DNA of 41,691 nucleotides from a virus, in the IMG/VR virus record IMGVR_UViG_3300031983_000005, positions 1 through 41,691 of that record; one strand, 5' to 3'. This document shows, one piece after another, positions 1 through 6,940 of this stretch. The position numbers were made by a program, and so were the translations under genes. Position 1 is the first letter of the stretch; each line of letters starts with the position of its first letter. The notes below the pieces were generated by a model that worked only from the letters and a program-made list of their open reading frames with translations, ran no database searches and had not been told where the DNA came from.

Positions 1-55
1 GGCGGCCAGTCGAAAGCGATCGCGACCGCGTTGTAAAATTTTCCTTTCTCGATTT
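1..55. repeat. Terminal direct repeat, copy 1 (assembly overlap of a circular or circularly permuted genome)
   Basis: Bases 1-55 are identical to 41637-41691; unique length 41,636 bp. Confidence 0.9.
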
Positions 56-503
56 CGTTCGCTACGATCAAGCGCTTTATTCTGTCGTCGCCCAGGTTGT
101 CGAGGAACATTTTGCTGACGTTTGGATCATCGTCTGCAGCGCGCCGCAAAGCGCCGACGAATTTCTTGCCGTTCTTTATGAAATAAAAACCGTTTATTCT
201 GCCACTTACCATTTTACCCTCCAGTGCTTTTAAATCTTTGATAAAATAATCTATTATCTTTCTAACATCACCAGTAATTTTTATAGACTTTTCAAAATCT
301 AAATCACTTAGCGTATCATAATCCCTTATTGTATTCCACTCTGTAATCATTCCATTAATCCCACCTTCTAGTTGTTTGATTCGTCGCTGACTTTGCTCAT
401 AGTCCCTCGCTGTTATTGCTCTGATCTCTCCATTGGGCAATGTGATTACTATTGAGTTTTCATCAATCATAGATTCGATTTCTTCTATTGATTTTTTAGC
501 CAT
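1..503 (-). CDS. Hypothetical protein; ORF crosses the circularisation junction (3' end at 41612..41636). AT-rich N-terminal half is fused in frame to a GC-rich half
   Basis: Manual translation. The frame from ATG 503..501 (MAKKSIEEIESMIDEN...) is open to base 1 and continues through the repeat to TGA 41614..41612 (175 aa). An internal GGAGGG plus in-frame ATG at 212..210 (MVSGRINGFYF...) coincides with a sharp composition change. Not in the ORF track because it is truncated by the window edge. Confidence 0.6.
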   Translation of the reverse strand, partial: MAKKSIEEIESMIDENSIVITLPNGEIRAITARDYEQSQRRIKQLEGGINGMITEWNTIRDYDTLSDLDFEKSIKITGDVRKIIDYFIKDLKALEGKMVSGRINGFYFIKNGKKFVGALRRAADDDPNVSKMFLDNLGDDRIKRLIVANEIEKGKFYNAVAIAFDWP

Positions 504-678
504 TTTTATCCCCCAGAAATTTTATTATATCAGAAATATCCCCTATTACATTTTTTAAATGATATATTTTTGAATCCAATTTCTCAATTTTATTTTCCAG
601 TTGTTTGATTCGCTTATTTAACTTAAAATTCATCTCAACAAATATTTCGTTTTCTTCTTCTATGGATAAATTACCCAT
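496..678 (-). CDS. Hypothetical small coiled-coil-like protein (60 aa)
   Basis: Track ORF 496..741 trimmed to the ATG at 678..676 that follows GGAGGGTAAAG. Sequence is MGNLSIEEENEIF...KIEKLDSKIYHLK. The stop overlaps the next start. Confidence 0.55.
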   Translation of the reverse strand: MGNLSIEEENEIFVEMNFKLNKRIKQLENKIEKLDSKIYHLKNVIGDISDIIKFLGDKNG

Positions 679-832
679 CTTTACCCTCCAGTTTTTTGTA
701 TATATAGCCATTACCGTCACATAATTTACATTTAACTCCACGTCCTTTTGAGTATCTTCCTGTACGTCCTAAACGACCAAAATATATTTTACCTTTTCCC
801 CCACATCGAGGACACGAATAACTGTTACCCAT
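671..832 (-). CDS. Small zinc-finger protein with two CxxCxGxG units (DnaJ-type zinc-finger motif), 53 aa
   Basis: Manual ORF below the track cut-off: MGNSYSCPRCGGKGKIYFGRLGRTGRYSKGRGVKCKLCDGNGYIYKKLEGKDG. It overlaps its neighbours by a few nt. Confidence 0.55.
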   Translation of the reverse strand: MGNSYSCPRCGGKGKIYFGRLGRTGRYSKGRGVKCKLCDGNGYIYKKLEGKDG

Positions 833-1022
833 CTTTATTCCCCAATTTTTTTTGTGCTATCATATTTTTTATGTCACAATACGCACAGCAAAAAGCATTT
901 CCACAATCAATAATATCTTCAAGTTTTTTCTCTAGCTTTCTAATATGAATTTTAAGTTTCAACAAGCGTTGACTTTTTATATAACAGTCTTTACATATTG
1001 ATTCTTTTTCCTCTTTAGCTAT
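825..1022 (-). CDS. Cys-rich small protein (65 codons) with no canonical start; ATA sits where the cassette normally places ATG
   Basis: Open frame AKEEKESICKDCYIKSQRLLKLKIHIRKLEKKLEDIIDCGNAFCCAYCDIKNMIAQKKLGNKDG. A TAG lies 3 codons upstream. There is no ATG/GTG/TTG before the first CxxC. GAGGGTAAAA precedes ATA at 1022..1020. Confidence 0.35.
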   Translation of the reverse strand: MAKEEKESICKDCYIKSQRLLKLKIHIRKLEKKLEDIIDCGNAFCCAYCDIKNMIAQKKLGNKDG

Positions 1023-1320
1023 TTTTACCCTCTAAGGCTTTTAAATCTTTGAGTATTGTATCATAAAACCATTTATCATAATATTCTGAATCTTCATACG
1101 CTTTTTGATATGATTCAATTAGTTTTTCTATACCATCTTCTAATTGTTCGATTTTACTATAAATTTTACAGAATAATCTATATAAATTAGCTCGTAAAAT
1201 AACGTCGATCTCACACAATTCATCGGCATTTACAGCATCCGGCATCTGTTCCACTATCCATAATTCCCAATTTGCAAATGTTTCCCATGGATCATTTGTA
1301 TTCTTCCAAGGCGTACTCAT
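1015..1320 (-). CDS. Hypothetical protein (101 aa)
   Basis: Track ORF. Ends ...LKALEGKNS, with the cassette embedded at its 3' end. ATGA overlap with the upstream gene. Confidence 0.7.
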   Translation of the reverse strand: MSTPWKNTNDPWETFANWELWIVEQMPDAVNADELCEIDVILRANLYRLFCKIYSKIEQLEDGIEKLIESYQKAYEDSEYYDKWFYDTILKDLKALEGKNS

Positions 1321-1526
1321 TTTTTACCCTTCAAGGCTTTTAGGCATTTTTTACAATTAACTTTTTCTAATTCTTCTATTTCAGGGAAAAAAGTTTCTAC
1401 TGCAAGAATAATAGGAAAGCCACATATCGTGAAATTATCATCTTCAGTATAATGCCATTTTGTATAATCGGGATAATTTCTAACTCTCCTTCTTGCCCAT
1501 CGAACAGCGTGGCCTAGCAAATTCAT
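1317..1526 (-). CDS. Hypothetical protein (69 aa)
   Basis: Track ORF. Preceded by GGAGGATAA. Ends ...CLKALKGKK. Confidence 0.7.
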   Translation of the reverse strand: MNLLGHAVRWARRRVRNYPDYTKWHYTEDDNFTICGFPIILAVETFFPEIEELEKVNCKKCLKALKGKK

Positions 1527-1542
1527 TTATCCTCCAATGCTT

Positions 1543-1626
1543 TTACAGACTACCCGCAAGATGAATAAGCGCTATTCCTACAGCAATAACTGCTAAAACA
1601 ATAAGAACTACTTTCCACGTTTTCAT
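1543..1626 (-). CDS. Putative single-pass membrane peptide (27 aa)
   Basis: Manual ORF: MKTWKVVLIVLAVIAVGIALIHLAGSL. ATGA overlap with the stop of 1623..1841. Preceded by GGAGGAG. Confidence 0.4.
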   Translation of the reverse strand: MKTWKVVLIVLAVIAVGIALIHLAGSL

Positions 1627-1841
1627 TTCTCCTCCAAGGCTTTTTGCCAATCTTGCGCCAGTTTTACATTTGGTTCAAATTTATTAAACCATTTAAAAAG
1701 ATCATTTAATGCATGATTCAGTTTAACTTTATCCGCTTCCAATTTTATGATATATTTTTTAATTTCTTCAACTGGAAAACCATTGACTGTACAGACATGT
1801 GGATGTATTATTTTTATTTCATTTAATTTCAGTTCTATCAT
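1623..1841 (-). CDS. Hypothetical protein (72 aa)
   Basis: Track ORF. Ends ...WQKALEEK over the cassette. Confidence 0.7.
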   Translation of the reverse strand: MIELKLNEIKIIHPHVCTVNGFPVEEIKKYIIKLEADKVKLNHALNDLFKWFNKFEPNVKLAQDWQKALEEK

Positions 1842-1896
1842 TATTTACTCTCCAATATTCCAAATTTTTTCCACAGCTTTTTAATTATATTTTCTT

Positions 1897-2001
1897 TTAA
1901 GGTCCGTAAATTGTAACCCAAGGCCTTTGTTTTTCTTTTTTTGTTTTTTTAGATTTTTTGTTTAATTTTTTAAGAACTATTTTCCACCATTTAATTTTCA
2001 T
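1897..2001 (-). CDS. Possible very basic peptide (34 aa)
   Basis: Manual ORF: MKIKWWKIVLKKLNKKSKKTKKEKQRPWVTIYGP, directly after a perfect cassette copy. Low-complexity sequence. Confidence 0.25.
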   Translation of the reverse strand: MKIKWWKIVLKKLNKKSKKTKKEKQRPWVTIYGP

Positions 2002-2127
2002 TTACCCTCCAAGGCTTTTTTTATTATAAATTCCTTATCATTCGTTTTCGCTTAACATAGAATAACGATACATAAAAAAACAAAAAGGCCACCAATCCCA
2101 AATAGAAAAAGGCACAAATAATGTGAA

Positions 2128-2490
2128 TTATTCTATAATTTTTGTTTCTATAACGCATTTTAAAAATTCCTGCTCTGGTACAAGAATACCGCGAGTATGA
2201 TATGTTTCACCATTTTTTATATTTGGAATATCCCGGATTGGATATTTTTTTATCCATTTCGATAATCGAATTTTTATCATAGCCATATCTGCAATATGTG
2301 CATATTCCAAATGTTTTACATAATAAATTATTAATTGGGCCCATGAAGAATATGCCCATCCGATTTTATTTTTCTCAATAACAGAAATCGTCTCAACGAA
2401 AATATTCTTTGTTTTGTGTGTCTGATTATCAGATTTATATTCAACAGTAAAAATAATTCCATCCTCCTTAGATTTAAAAATCCTATCCAT
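2128..2490 (-). CDS. Hypothetical protein, possible small PD-(D/E)XK-type nuclease; start uncertain
   Basis: Track ORF. It has a D...VEYK segment followed by hydrophobic strands. The frame is open upstream to 2643 without any ATG/GTG/TTG. The ATG at 2490 has a Shine-Dalgarno only about 2 nt away. Confidence 0.5.
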   Translation of the reverse strand: MDRIFKSKEDGIIFTVEYKSDNQTHKTKNIFVETISVIEKNKIGWAYSSWAQLIIYYVKHLEYAHIADMAMIKIRLSKWIKKYPIRDIPNIKNGETYHTRGILVPEQEFLKCVIETKIIE

Positions 2491-2603
2491 TCCCTTTTGT
2501 TGTATACCATCCCAAACACTATACCATTTTCTAAAATAATTGTCTAGTATCTTTTCGTCAATTTCGGCTTTTTCGAAACTGTCGTCAAAATCATAATGTT
2601 GTT

Positions 2604-3362
2604 CTAATTGACTAATTGGTATACATCTCCTGTATCCTTCAGGCTATTTTTGAAACCATCAATATTTGGACCCATATAAACAATCATTGACGGAAACGGA
2701 GCACTATTTTCAGAATCTCCAAATTTCAATCGACCCCAAACAAATAAGCGGGGATAAATTCTCAATCGTTTAAACCACTCTGTATCAGTTCTTGCAGGAA
2801 CAAGCGCAATTGCTTCGATTACATTTCCATCTTCATATTCATCACAAAGTTTATTTATCCAATCACCAATTTCCCTACCGTATGGCGGATTCATATAAAC
2901 CCGGCCATTCCATGATTGATTTAGACCATCCTCTCTTTTTAAGAATTTTTCTGTTGCATTAATATCTGATTCTTCATTAGAACATGGGTCGAGGTCAATA
3001 TGTCCAAGTATGCTTACTACTTTTTTTACTATCTCATCTGGAGTATTCCATTCTGGGGTTTGGCTTAAAAAGTGGGGATTAATTTCAAATACTTGTAACC
3101 AACGATTGGCCGTACTCTTATTTATTCCGATTTCTTCGCAATATATTGACCATGTGCGTGGCGCATTTGCACCATGCATAATTTTAGCTGCCTCTGATGA
3201 TGAACAAGACAACTTTTTTCGCGCTATAAATAACTCCCTGAGTATATCCTCTGTTAGATTCTTCGCCTTAAATACAATTCCCTTAACAGTCGATACAGAT
3301 TCTTTATAATCCCATTCTTCCGGGATATTCGGTTTATCCAATTTCATTGTAATTAATTCCAA
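2604..3362 (-). CDS. DNA N6-adenine methyltransferase, phage Dam family
   Basis: Track ORF, 252 aa. Carries the catalytic NPPY motif (VYMNPPYGREI), an upstream DLDPCS segment and a downstream VPARTDTEWF segment, typical of the phage Dam (PF05869-like) family. Confidence 0.85.
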   Translation of the reverse strand: MELITMKLDKPNIPEEWDYKESVSTVKGIVFKAKNLTEDILRELFIARKKLSCSSSEAAKIMHGANAPRTWSIYCEEIGINKSTANRWLQVFEINPHFLSQTPEWNTPDEIVKKVVSILGHIDLDPCSNEESDINATEKFLKREDGLNQSWNGRVYMNPPYGREIGDWINKLCDEYEDGNVIEAIALVPARTDTEWFKRLRIYPRLFVWGRLKFGDSENSAPFPSMIVYMGPNIDGFKNSLKDTGDVYQLVN

Positions 3363-3376
3363 ATTTTAAATTTCCT

Positions 3377-3772
3377 TTAAGTGAGATCTATGAGGCGTCG
3401 AAATTCGATCCGCGCCTCGCCTTTTTTTACGTCAATTATTTCCCGTTTTTGCTTTAGCCATTTGTGAAATTGATCCGATTCCTCGTAATCCTCTTTTATA
3501 GCGGTCAGGATATACGCGATCGGATTCACCGGTTTCACCCTTGCCGTTTCGCGTTTGAATTCATAGAGAAATATTTTTCTCGCGATATATTCGGCATTGT
3601 GTTTTAAATATAACTTCTCGGCCACTGAGAATGGCACCCCGACCTTTTTCAAAGCATTAATAATAACGGTCGATTGATCGGGTTTGTCCTTGTAGCGGCT
3701 TTTTACGGTTTTTTTATCGATGGTTTCGTCGAGTTTATCAGCCAGGTTTCTAAGTGCATCGGATATTGACAT
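3377..3772 (-). CDS. Hypothetical protein in the replication module (131 aa)
   Basis: Track ORF. RBS is AAAGGGCTTAAAATG. Located between the Rep-O-like gene and the methyltransferase. Confidence 0.7.
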   Translation of the reverse strand: MSISDALRNLADKLDETIDKKTVKSRYKDKPDQSTVIINALKKVGVPFSVAEKLYLKHNAEYIARKIFLYEFKRETARVKPVNPIAYILTAIKEDYEESDQFHKWLKQKREIIDVKKGEARIEFRRLIDLT

Positions 3773-3795
3773 TTTAAGCCCTTTCTTATCTTATT

Positions 3796-3816
3796 AAAAG
3801 CCGGCGTTCCGCCGGC
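3796..3816 (-). terminator. Rho-independent terminator-like hairpin (minus-strand sense)
   Basis: GCCGGCG / CGCCGGC stem (3800-3806 / 3810-3816), 3-nt loop, then UUUU on the minus-strand transcript (3796-3799). A second small GC hairpin sits at 3817-3829. Confidence 0.55.
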
Positions 3817-3856
3817 GCGCGTAGCGCGCTCATTCTTTTCTTTATTGTTTCTTTTT

Positions 3857-3900
3857 AGTGTAGGTGAATTGCCTACACTTTGTAGGTGTTTCGCCTACAC
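3857..3900. repeat. Two tandem palindromes, (A)GTGTAGG-N7-CCTACAC(T), centres 22 bp apart; candidate iterons or operator at the 3' end of the Rep-O-like gene
   Basis: AGTGTAGGTGAATTGCCTACACT at 3857-3879 and TGTAGGTGTTTCGCCTACA at 3881-3899. The second overlaps the TAG stop at 3895-3897. Confidence 0.6.
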
Positions 3901-4242
3901 TTTTAAATCAAGCGTCGTTTGAGGATCGTACCAATATTTATATATCTTCTGTAATTTATACCGCTGCCGGTAGCCGGTCCGGTCGACGAAAATTTGCTTG
4001 TTTTTCTCCATTTTTAAAATTGCTTTCTGAATATCGGCGCGGTGTAATCCCGTACATTCGGCTATATATCCGTAACCGACCGGCTTAGTCCATAACCGGT
4101 GAAAACCGTATGAATTCCGGATAATAAAAAAGACGATCGCATATTCTCGCGCTGAAAGTTTTGCTTTGATGATAACCTCAAGTAATTCGTTCGCTATTCG
4201 TGTAAAGCCATTTTCAACTTGCGGCTTTCCAATCTTTACCAT
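3895..4242 (-). CDS. Replication protein O-like N-terminal (winged-helix) domain protein
   Basis: Track ORF, 115 aa. ENGFTRIANELLEVIIKAKLSAREYAIVFFIIRNSYGF... matches the pattern of the phage replication protein O N-terminal domain. Confidence 0.7.
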   Translation of the reverse strand: MVKIGKPQVENGFTRIANELLEVIIKAKLSAREYAIVFFIIRNSYGFHRLWTKPVGYGYIAECTGLHRADIQKAILKMEKNKQIFVDRTGYRQRYKLQKIYKYWYDPQTTLDLKV

Positions 4243-4499
4243 TCGATTATATGTATTTTTTTACGATCGATTTCCTTCTGTTTTTTCGCCTCGATCCGTT
4301 CGTACCGTTCGCGCTGTTCTTTTTTATATTCATCACTCGACGTGCGTTTTTCAAACTCTGCGACGACCTTCGGATCAAGATCTTCCCATCGGACGATGCC
4401 CTTGTAAATTCGATAATAATTGACGCGGCTTAGATGATCCTTGACTAATTTTTGTGAACTGGAAAGTGTATTGTAATCGCGGTCCTTTAAACTTGACAT
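4236..4499 (-). CDS. Hypothetical protein (87 aa)
   Basis: Track ORF. Its stop overlaps the start of the Rep-O-like gene, which suggests translational coupling. Confidence 0.7.
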   Translation of the reverse strand: MSSLKDRDYNTLSSSQKLVKDHLSRVNYYRIYKGIVRWEDLDPKVVAEFEKRTSSDEYKKEQRERYERIEAKKQKEIDRKKIHIIEW

Positions 4500-4530
4500 T
4501 CGGTTCCTTTGGCGTTTGGCATACCAATAT

Positions 4531-4603
4531 AAAAAGGATCCGACTCGATTTCAAGCGTATACGGCTGCTGAAATACGCAAGGGTTAGAAAACCGAGTCGG
4601 ATC
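4531..4603 (-). terminator. Large-loop hairpin followed by a U-tract (terminator or attenuator candidate)
   Basis: 11-bp outer stem at 4537-4547 / 4593-4603 and inner 6-bp stem at 4555-4560 / 4573-4578. The minus-strand transcript then reads CCUUUUUAUAUU (4531-4535 are A on the plus strand). Confidence 0.5.
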
Positions 4604-4621
4604 GTGATAGAGGGAGCCTTT
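4604..4621 (-). promoter_or_regulatory. Conserved 18-mer AAAGGCTCCCTCTATCAC (gene sense), copy d
   Basis: Plus strand reads gtgatagagggagccttt. It overlaps the RecT stop codon and abuts the hairpin. Confidence 0.7.
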
Positions 4622-5600
4622 AATCTGGCGGCTGAGCGTTTTCGTCGCCGATTGATACGTTCGGATCGACGGTGCTGGCTTTAGTCGTCGCTTTTTTCTT
4701 TTCCTCGGGCGGTGGTGTCTTTGTATCTTTGAGGATATCGGCCTGAGTGCCGTTTTCCGGTGGCTTTTCCTCTTTTGCGACTGGTTGTGTGCCTTTCGTC
4801 AGGATCTTGCTAAAATCGATCTGACCGCCTCGATTATAATCTCGATAATCGACGACCTCGTCGTCTGCGGTCATAGCGGATTTAAAAGCGCGCATTTTCA
4901 TCGTCGTCGTCGGTACGTATTTCCGCGAGTGCCGGATCACTGTTTTAATCCACATATCATCCTCGTCGTCGGGGTTGTTCCATGGACTGAATTCCGACTT
5001 TGCCGCTGGCGATCTGCTTTTTGCGGCCATTACTTTTTGCTTGTTGAAAACCTCGAAAAACGTGCCGCCGTTCGTGAAATGCCAGACGCAATAAACCGCG
5101 ATTTTTTCACCGGCGTCGTTTAATAATGGTTCGTGGATAAGTATCGGAGTCAGGCCGTAAGCATATTTAAAATAGTCGTTTTCAAACACGACGCGACCGC
5201 TCACGCTGGCGACCATATCGGTATTAAATGCCATTGTGACAAATCCCTGGTAGCCGATTAAAAAAGTGCATTCTTTAGCCTTGATGTGCTTATTATACCG
5301 GGGGATTAAATAGCATTGACCGAGATCCGGAGCAAAGTCGAGGCCGAGGACCGTCGCGCGCATAATAGCGCCGAATATACTGGCCGGCGTACACTCGCGG
5401 ATCTCTGGGGTTCGGGTGATCACCGACGTGGCCAGCGCGATCACTCTGTCCGTCGTCTGGCCGGATGATACCGCTCTTTGGATATGCGACCGGTAGCCCT
5501 CAAAAAAGTCGGTGATGCCGTTGGTGTTGAGTCCTTGAAATGTTTCGAGGGGGTCATCGTCCGCTTGATTGTCGCGGATCTTGTCGAGATATTTAGTCAT
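4620..5600 (-). CDS. recT: RecT-family single-strand annealing recombinase
   Basis: Track ORF, 326 aa. The core IMRATVLGLDFAPDLGQCYLIPRYN...FLIGYQGF is typical of RecT. It lies directly downstream of a YqaJ-type exonuclease. Confidence 0.85.
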   Translation of the reverse strand: MTKYLDKIRDNQADDDPLETFQGLNTNGITDFFEGYRSHIQRAVSSGQTTDRVIALATSVITRTPEIRECTPASIFGAIMRATVLGLDFAPDLGQCYLIPRYNKHIKAKECTFLIGYQGFVTMAFNTDMVASVSGRVVFENDYFKYAYGLTPILIHEPLLNDAGEKIAVYCVWHFTNGGTFFEVFNKQKVMAAKSRSPAAKSEFSPWNNPDDEDDMWIKTVIRHSRKYVPTTTMKMRAFKSAMTADDEVVDYRDYNRGGQIDFSKILTKGTQPVAKEEKPPENGTQADILKDTKTPPPEEKKKATTKASTVDPNVSIGDENAQPPD

Positions 5601-5676
5601 AATTAAGCCCTTTCTGTGGTTGGTTAATGAAAATATACGACCGGATCACTGCCGGTTCAAGTGGCGAAATTTCGCC

Positions 5677-6603
5677 TTATTTTACTAAAAATTGGCGCGT
5701 TTTTGACGGATTGATCCACTTCTTATAAAGCGCCGGATGCGACTCTTTAAATCCGGAAGTGTTGAAGTCGGATCGATTAACCTGGTTCCATGTGATTAGC
5801 CTGGTGCCGCCGCGCTGCAATTCATTGTGGACGCCGAGCGATAATTTGAGCCGGTCTTCATAGGATTCTTTTTGCTCTGTCAGGGTTTTGATTTGAGCCT
5901 TGACGTTTTTTAATTCGATGTAATTTTGATAATCGTCGTCGGTGGCCGCTACGGGGTTGGTGTCGCGGACGGTGGCAAAGATCCGGTTTAAATCATCTTT
6001 GAGCGTGGGTTCCGGTTTGCGTTCCTTTTGAATATAGTCTTTCCAGAAGTCGGTTTCCACTTGCTGCAGGATCTTGATAAATGCGACCTCGGCTTGAATA
6101 TACCAATGTCTTAAAAACCGGTTGCCGATCAGCGCGGCCAGGTACGCCCATTTTAAGCCGGTGACCATTAAATAATGCTGAACCTGAGCATAATAATAGT
6201 CAGGAACTTCCTCGTGCCACATTTTGAAAGCAAACGGATCGACGGTTTTGATTTCGAGGATTCCTTTATCTGCAGGGGCAACATCGCCCTTAATCACTTC
6301 GCTACTTTTATAAAGATACCGATCGGGATTGCCGCCGATAAATTTTGCCTTTTCCATTGTGACGGCGCCAGGCGAATCGTCGATTGTGAGGCCGGTCCGC
6401 TCGCCGAATTCCTGCGCGATCATCGGTTCGGATAAACTGCCCCACAGTAGCCGCTCCGGATCTGCGTAGACGAATTCCTTGCCCTCGACTTTTGATTCAT
6501 AGACCTGCAGGGGCGTGAGCCAGGGATTTACTCCGAGGACGCCGCCGGCATCAGAGCCGCCTATAAATCCGCGACGCTGTTCAATTTGTTCGGTAGTGAG
6601 CAT
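5677..6603 (-). CDS. YqaJ-like viral recombinase-domain exonuclease (lambda Exo-type partner of RecT)
   Basis: Track ORF, 308 aa. The N-terminus EQRRGFIGGSDAGGVLGVNPWLTPLQVY is the YqaJ signature. Confidence 0.85.
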   Translation of the reverse strand: MLTTEQIEQRRGFIGGSDAGGVLGVNPWLTPLQVYESKVEGKEFVYADPERLLWGSLSEPMIAQEFGERTGLTIDDSPGAVTMEKAKFIGGNPDRYLYKSSEVIKGDVAPADKGILEIKTVDPFAFKMWHEEVPDYYYAQVQHYLMVTGLKWAYLAALIGNRFLRHWYIQAEVAFIKILQQVETDFWKDYIQKERKPEPTLKDDLNRIFATVRDTNPVAATDDDYQNYIELKNVKAQIKTLTEQKESYEDRLKLSLGVHNELQRGGTRLITWNQVNRSDFNTSGFKESHPALYKKWINPSKTRQFLVK

Positions 6604-6605
6604 AA

Positions 6606-6794
6606 TTAAACCGCCTTTCCTAATTTAGCGAGTTGCTTTTCAACTTCCTCGCGCGGTATGGTGATTCGGCCTTGATCAAAAAACTGGATTCCTTTCATTT
6701 TTCCCTGTTTGACCCAGACGCGGACCGTCGACGGCGTGACGCCTAATAATTTGGCGACTTCCGGAACGGTATAAGTCTTTGAAATTTGATCCAT
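6606..6794 (-). CDS. Helix-turn-helix DNA-binding protein (excisionase/MerR-like HTH_17 type); first gene of the early-left operon
   Basis: Track ORF, 62 aa. YTVPEVAKLLGVTPSTVRVWVKQGKM is a classic HTH. Confidence 0.8.
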   Translation of the reverse strand: MDQISKTYTVPEVAKLLGVTPSTVRVWVKQGKMKGIQFFDQGRITIPREEVEKQLAKLGKAV

Positions 6795-6826
6795 TTTTCT
6801 TATCCTTTCGGTTAATTGTATGCTTT

Positions 6827-6855
6827 AATATACGAAAAATGCGCAAATAAAACAA
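6827..6855 (-). promoter_or_regulatory. Sigma70-type promoter candidate for the early-left operon
   Basis: Minus-strand sense: TTGTTT (6855-6850), 17-nt spacer, TATATT (6832-6827), about 35 nt upstream of ATG 6794. Confidence 0.5.
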
Positions 6856-6878
6856 ATGCAAAATAATGCAAAAAAGAC

Positions 6879-6907
6879 TTGTATCATATACTGTTTAGTG
6901 CTATATT
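6879..6907 (+). promoter_or_regulatory. Sigma70-type promoter with extended -10 (early-right operon 1)
   Basis: TTGTAT (6879-6884), 17-nt spacer ending in TGC, TATATT (6902-6907). The promoter plus leader is near-identical to 34581-34643. Confidence 0.65.
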
Positions 6908-6940
6908 TCTATTAACCAATCACACTAAAAGGAGCCAATT

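Larger units (their letters stand above)
213..2022 (-). promoter_or_regulatory. Array of 8 copies of a conserved translation-initiation cassette, AAAAGCCTTGGAGGGTAAA followed within 0-3 nt by ATG (minus-strand sense)
   Basis: Copies in plus-strand coordinates: 213-231, 679-697, 1023-1042, 1321-1341, 1527-1544, 1626-1645, 1842-1861, 2001-2022. Each lies directly 5' of a small-gene start and contains a strong GGAGG Shine-Dalgarno. Confidence 0.75.

Noticed and set aside
2604-2643. A programmed -1 frameshift fusing the methyltransferase to the downstream PD-(D/E)XK-like ORF
   Set aside because: The frames are related by -1 and overlap by 40 nt. However, the overlap (CCTGAAGGATACAGGAGATGTATACCAATTAGTCAATTAG) has no slippery heptamer or homopolymer, and the nearest A-run lies upstream of the stop that closes the downstream frame.
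4536-4603. The 68-nt structured element as a tRNA (possible suppressor for the lysin TGA)
   Set aside because: It has an 11-bp outer stem, a 6-bp inner stem with a 14-nt loop, and no D or T arms and no GTTCRA-type T-loop. It cannot fold as a cloverleaf. I found no tRNA-like sequence anywhere in the window.
6606-6794. The excisionase-type HTH protein as evidence of a lysogeny module or temperate lifestyle
   Set aside because: I can recognise no integrase, recombinase, CI-like repressor or att-like context anywhere in the closed genome. The HTH_17 fold is also common in Cro-like early regulators, so lifestyle cannot be inferred from it.
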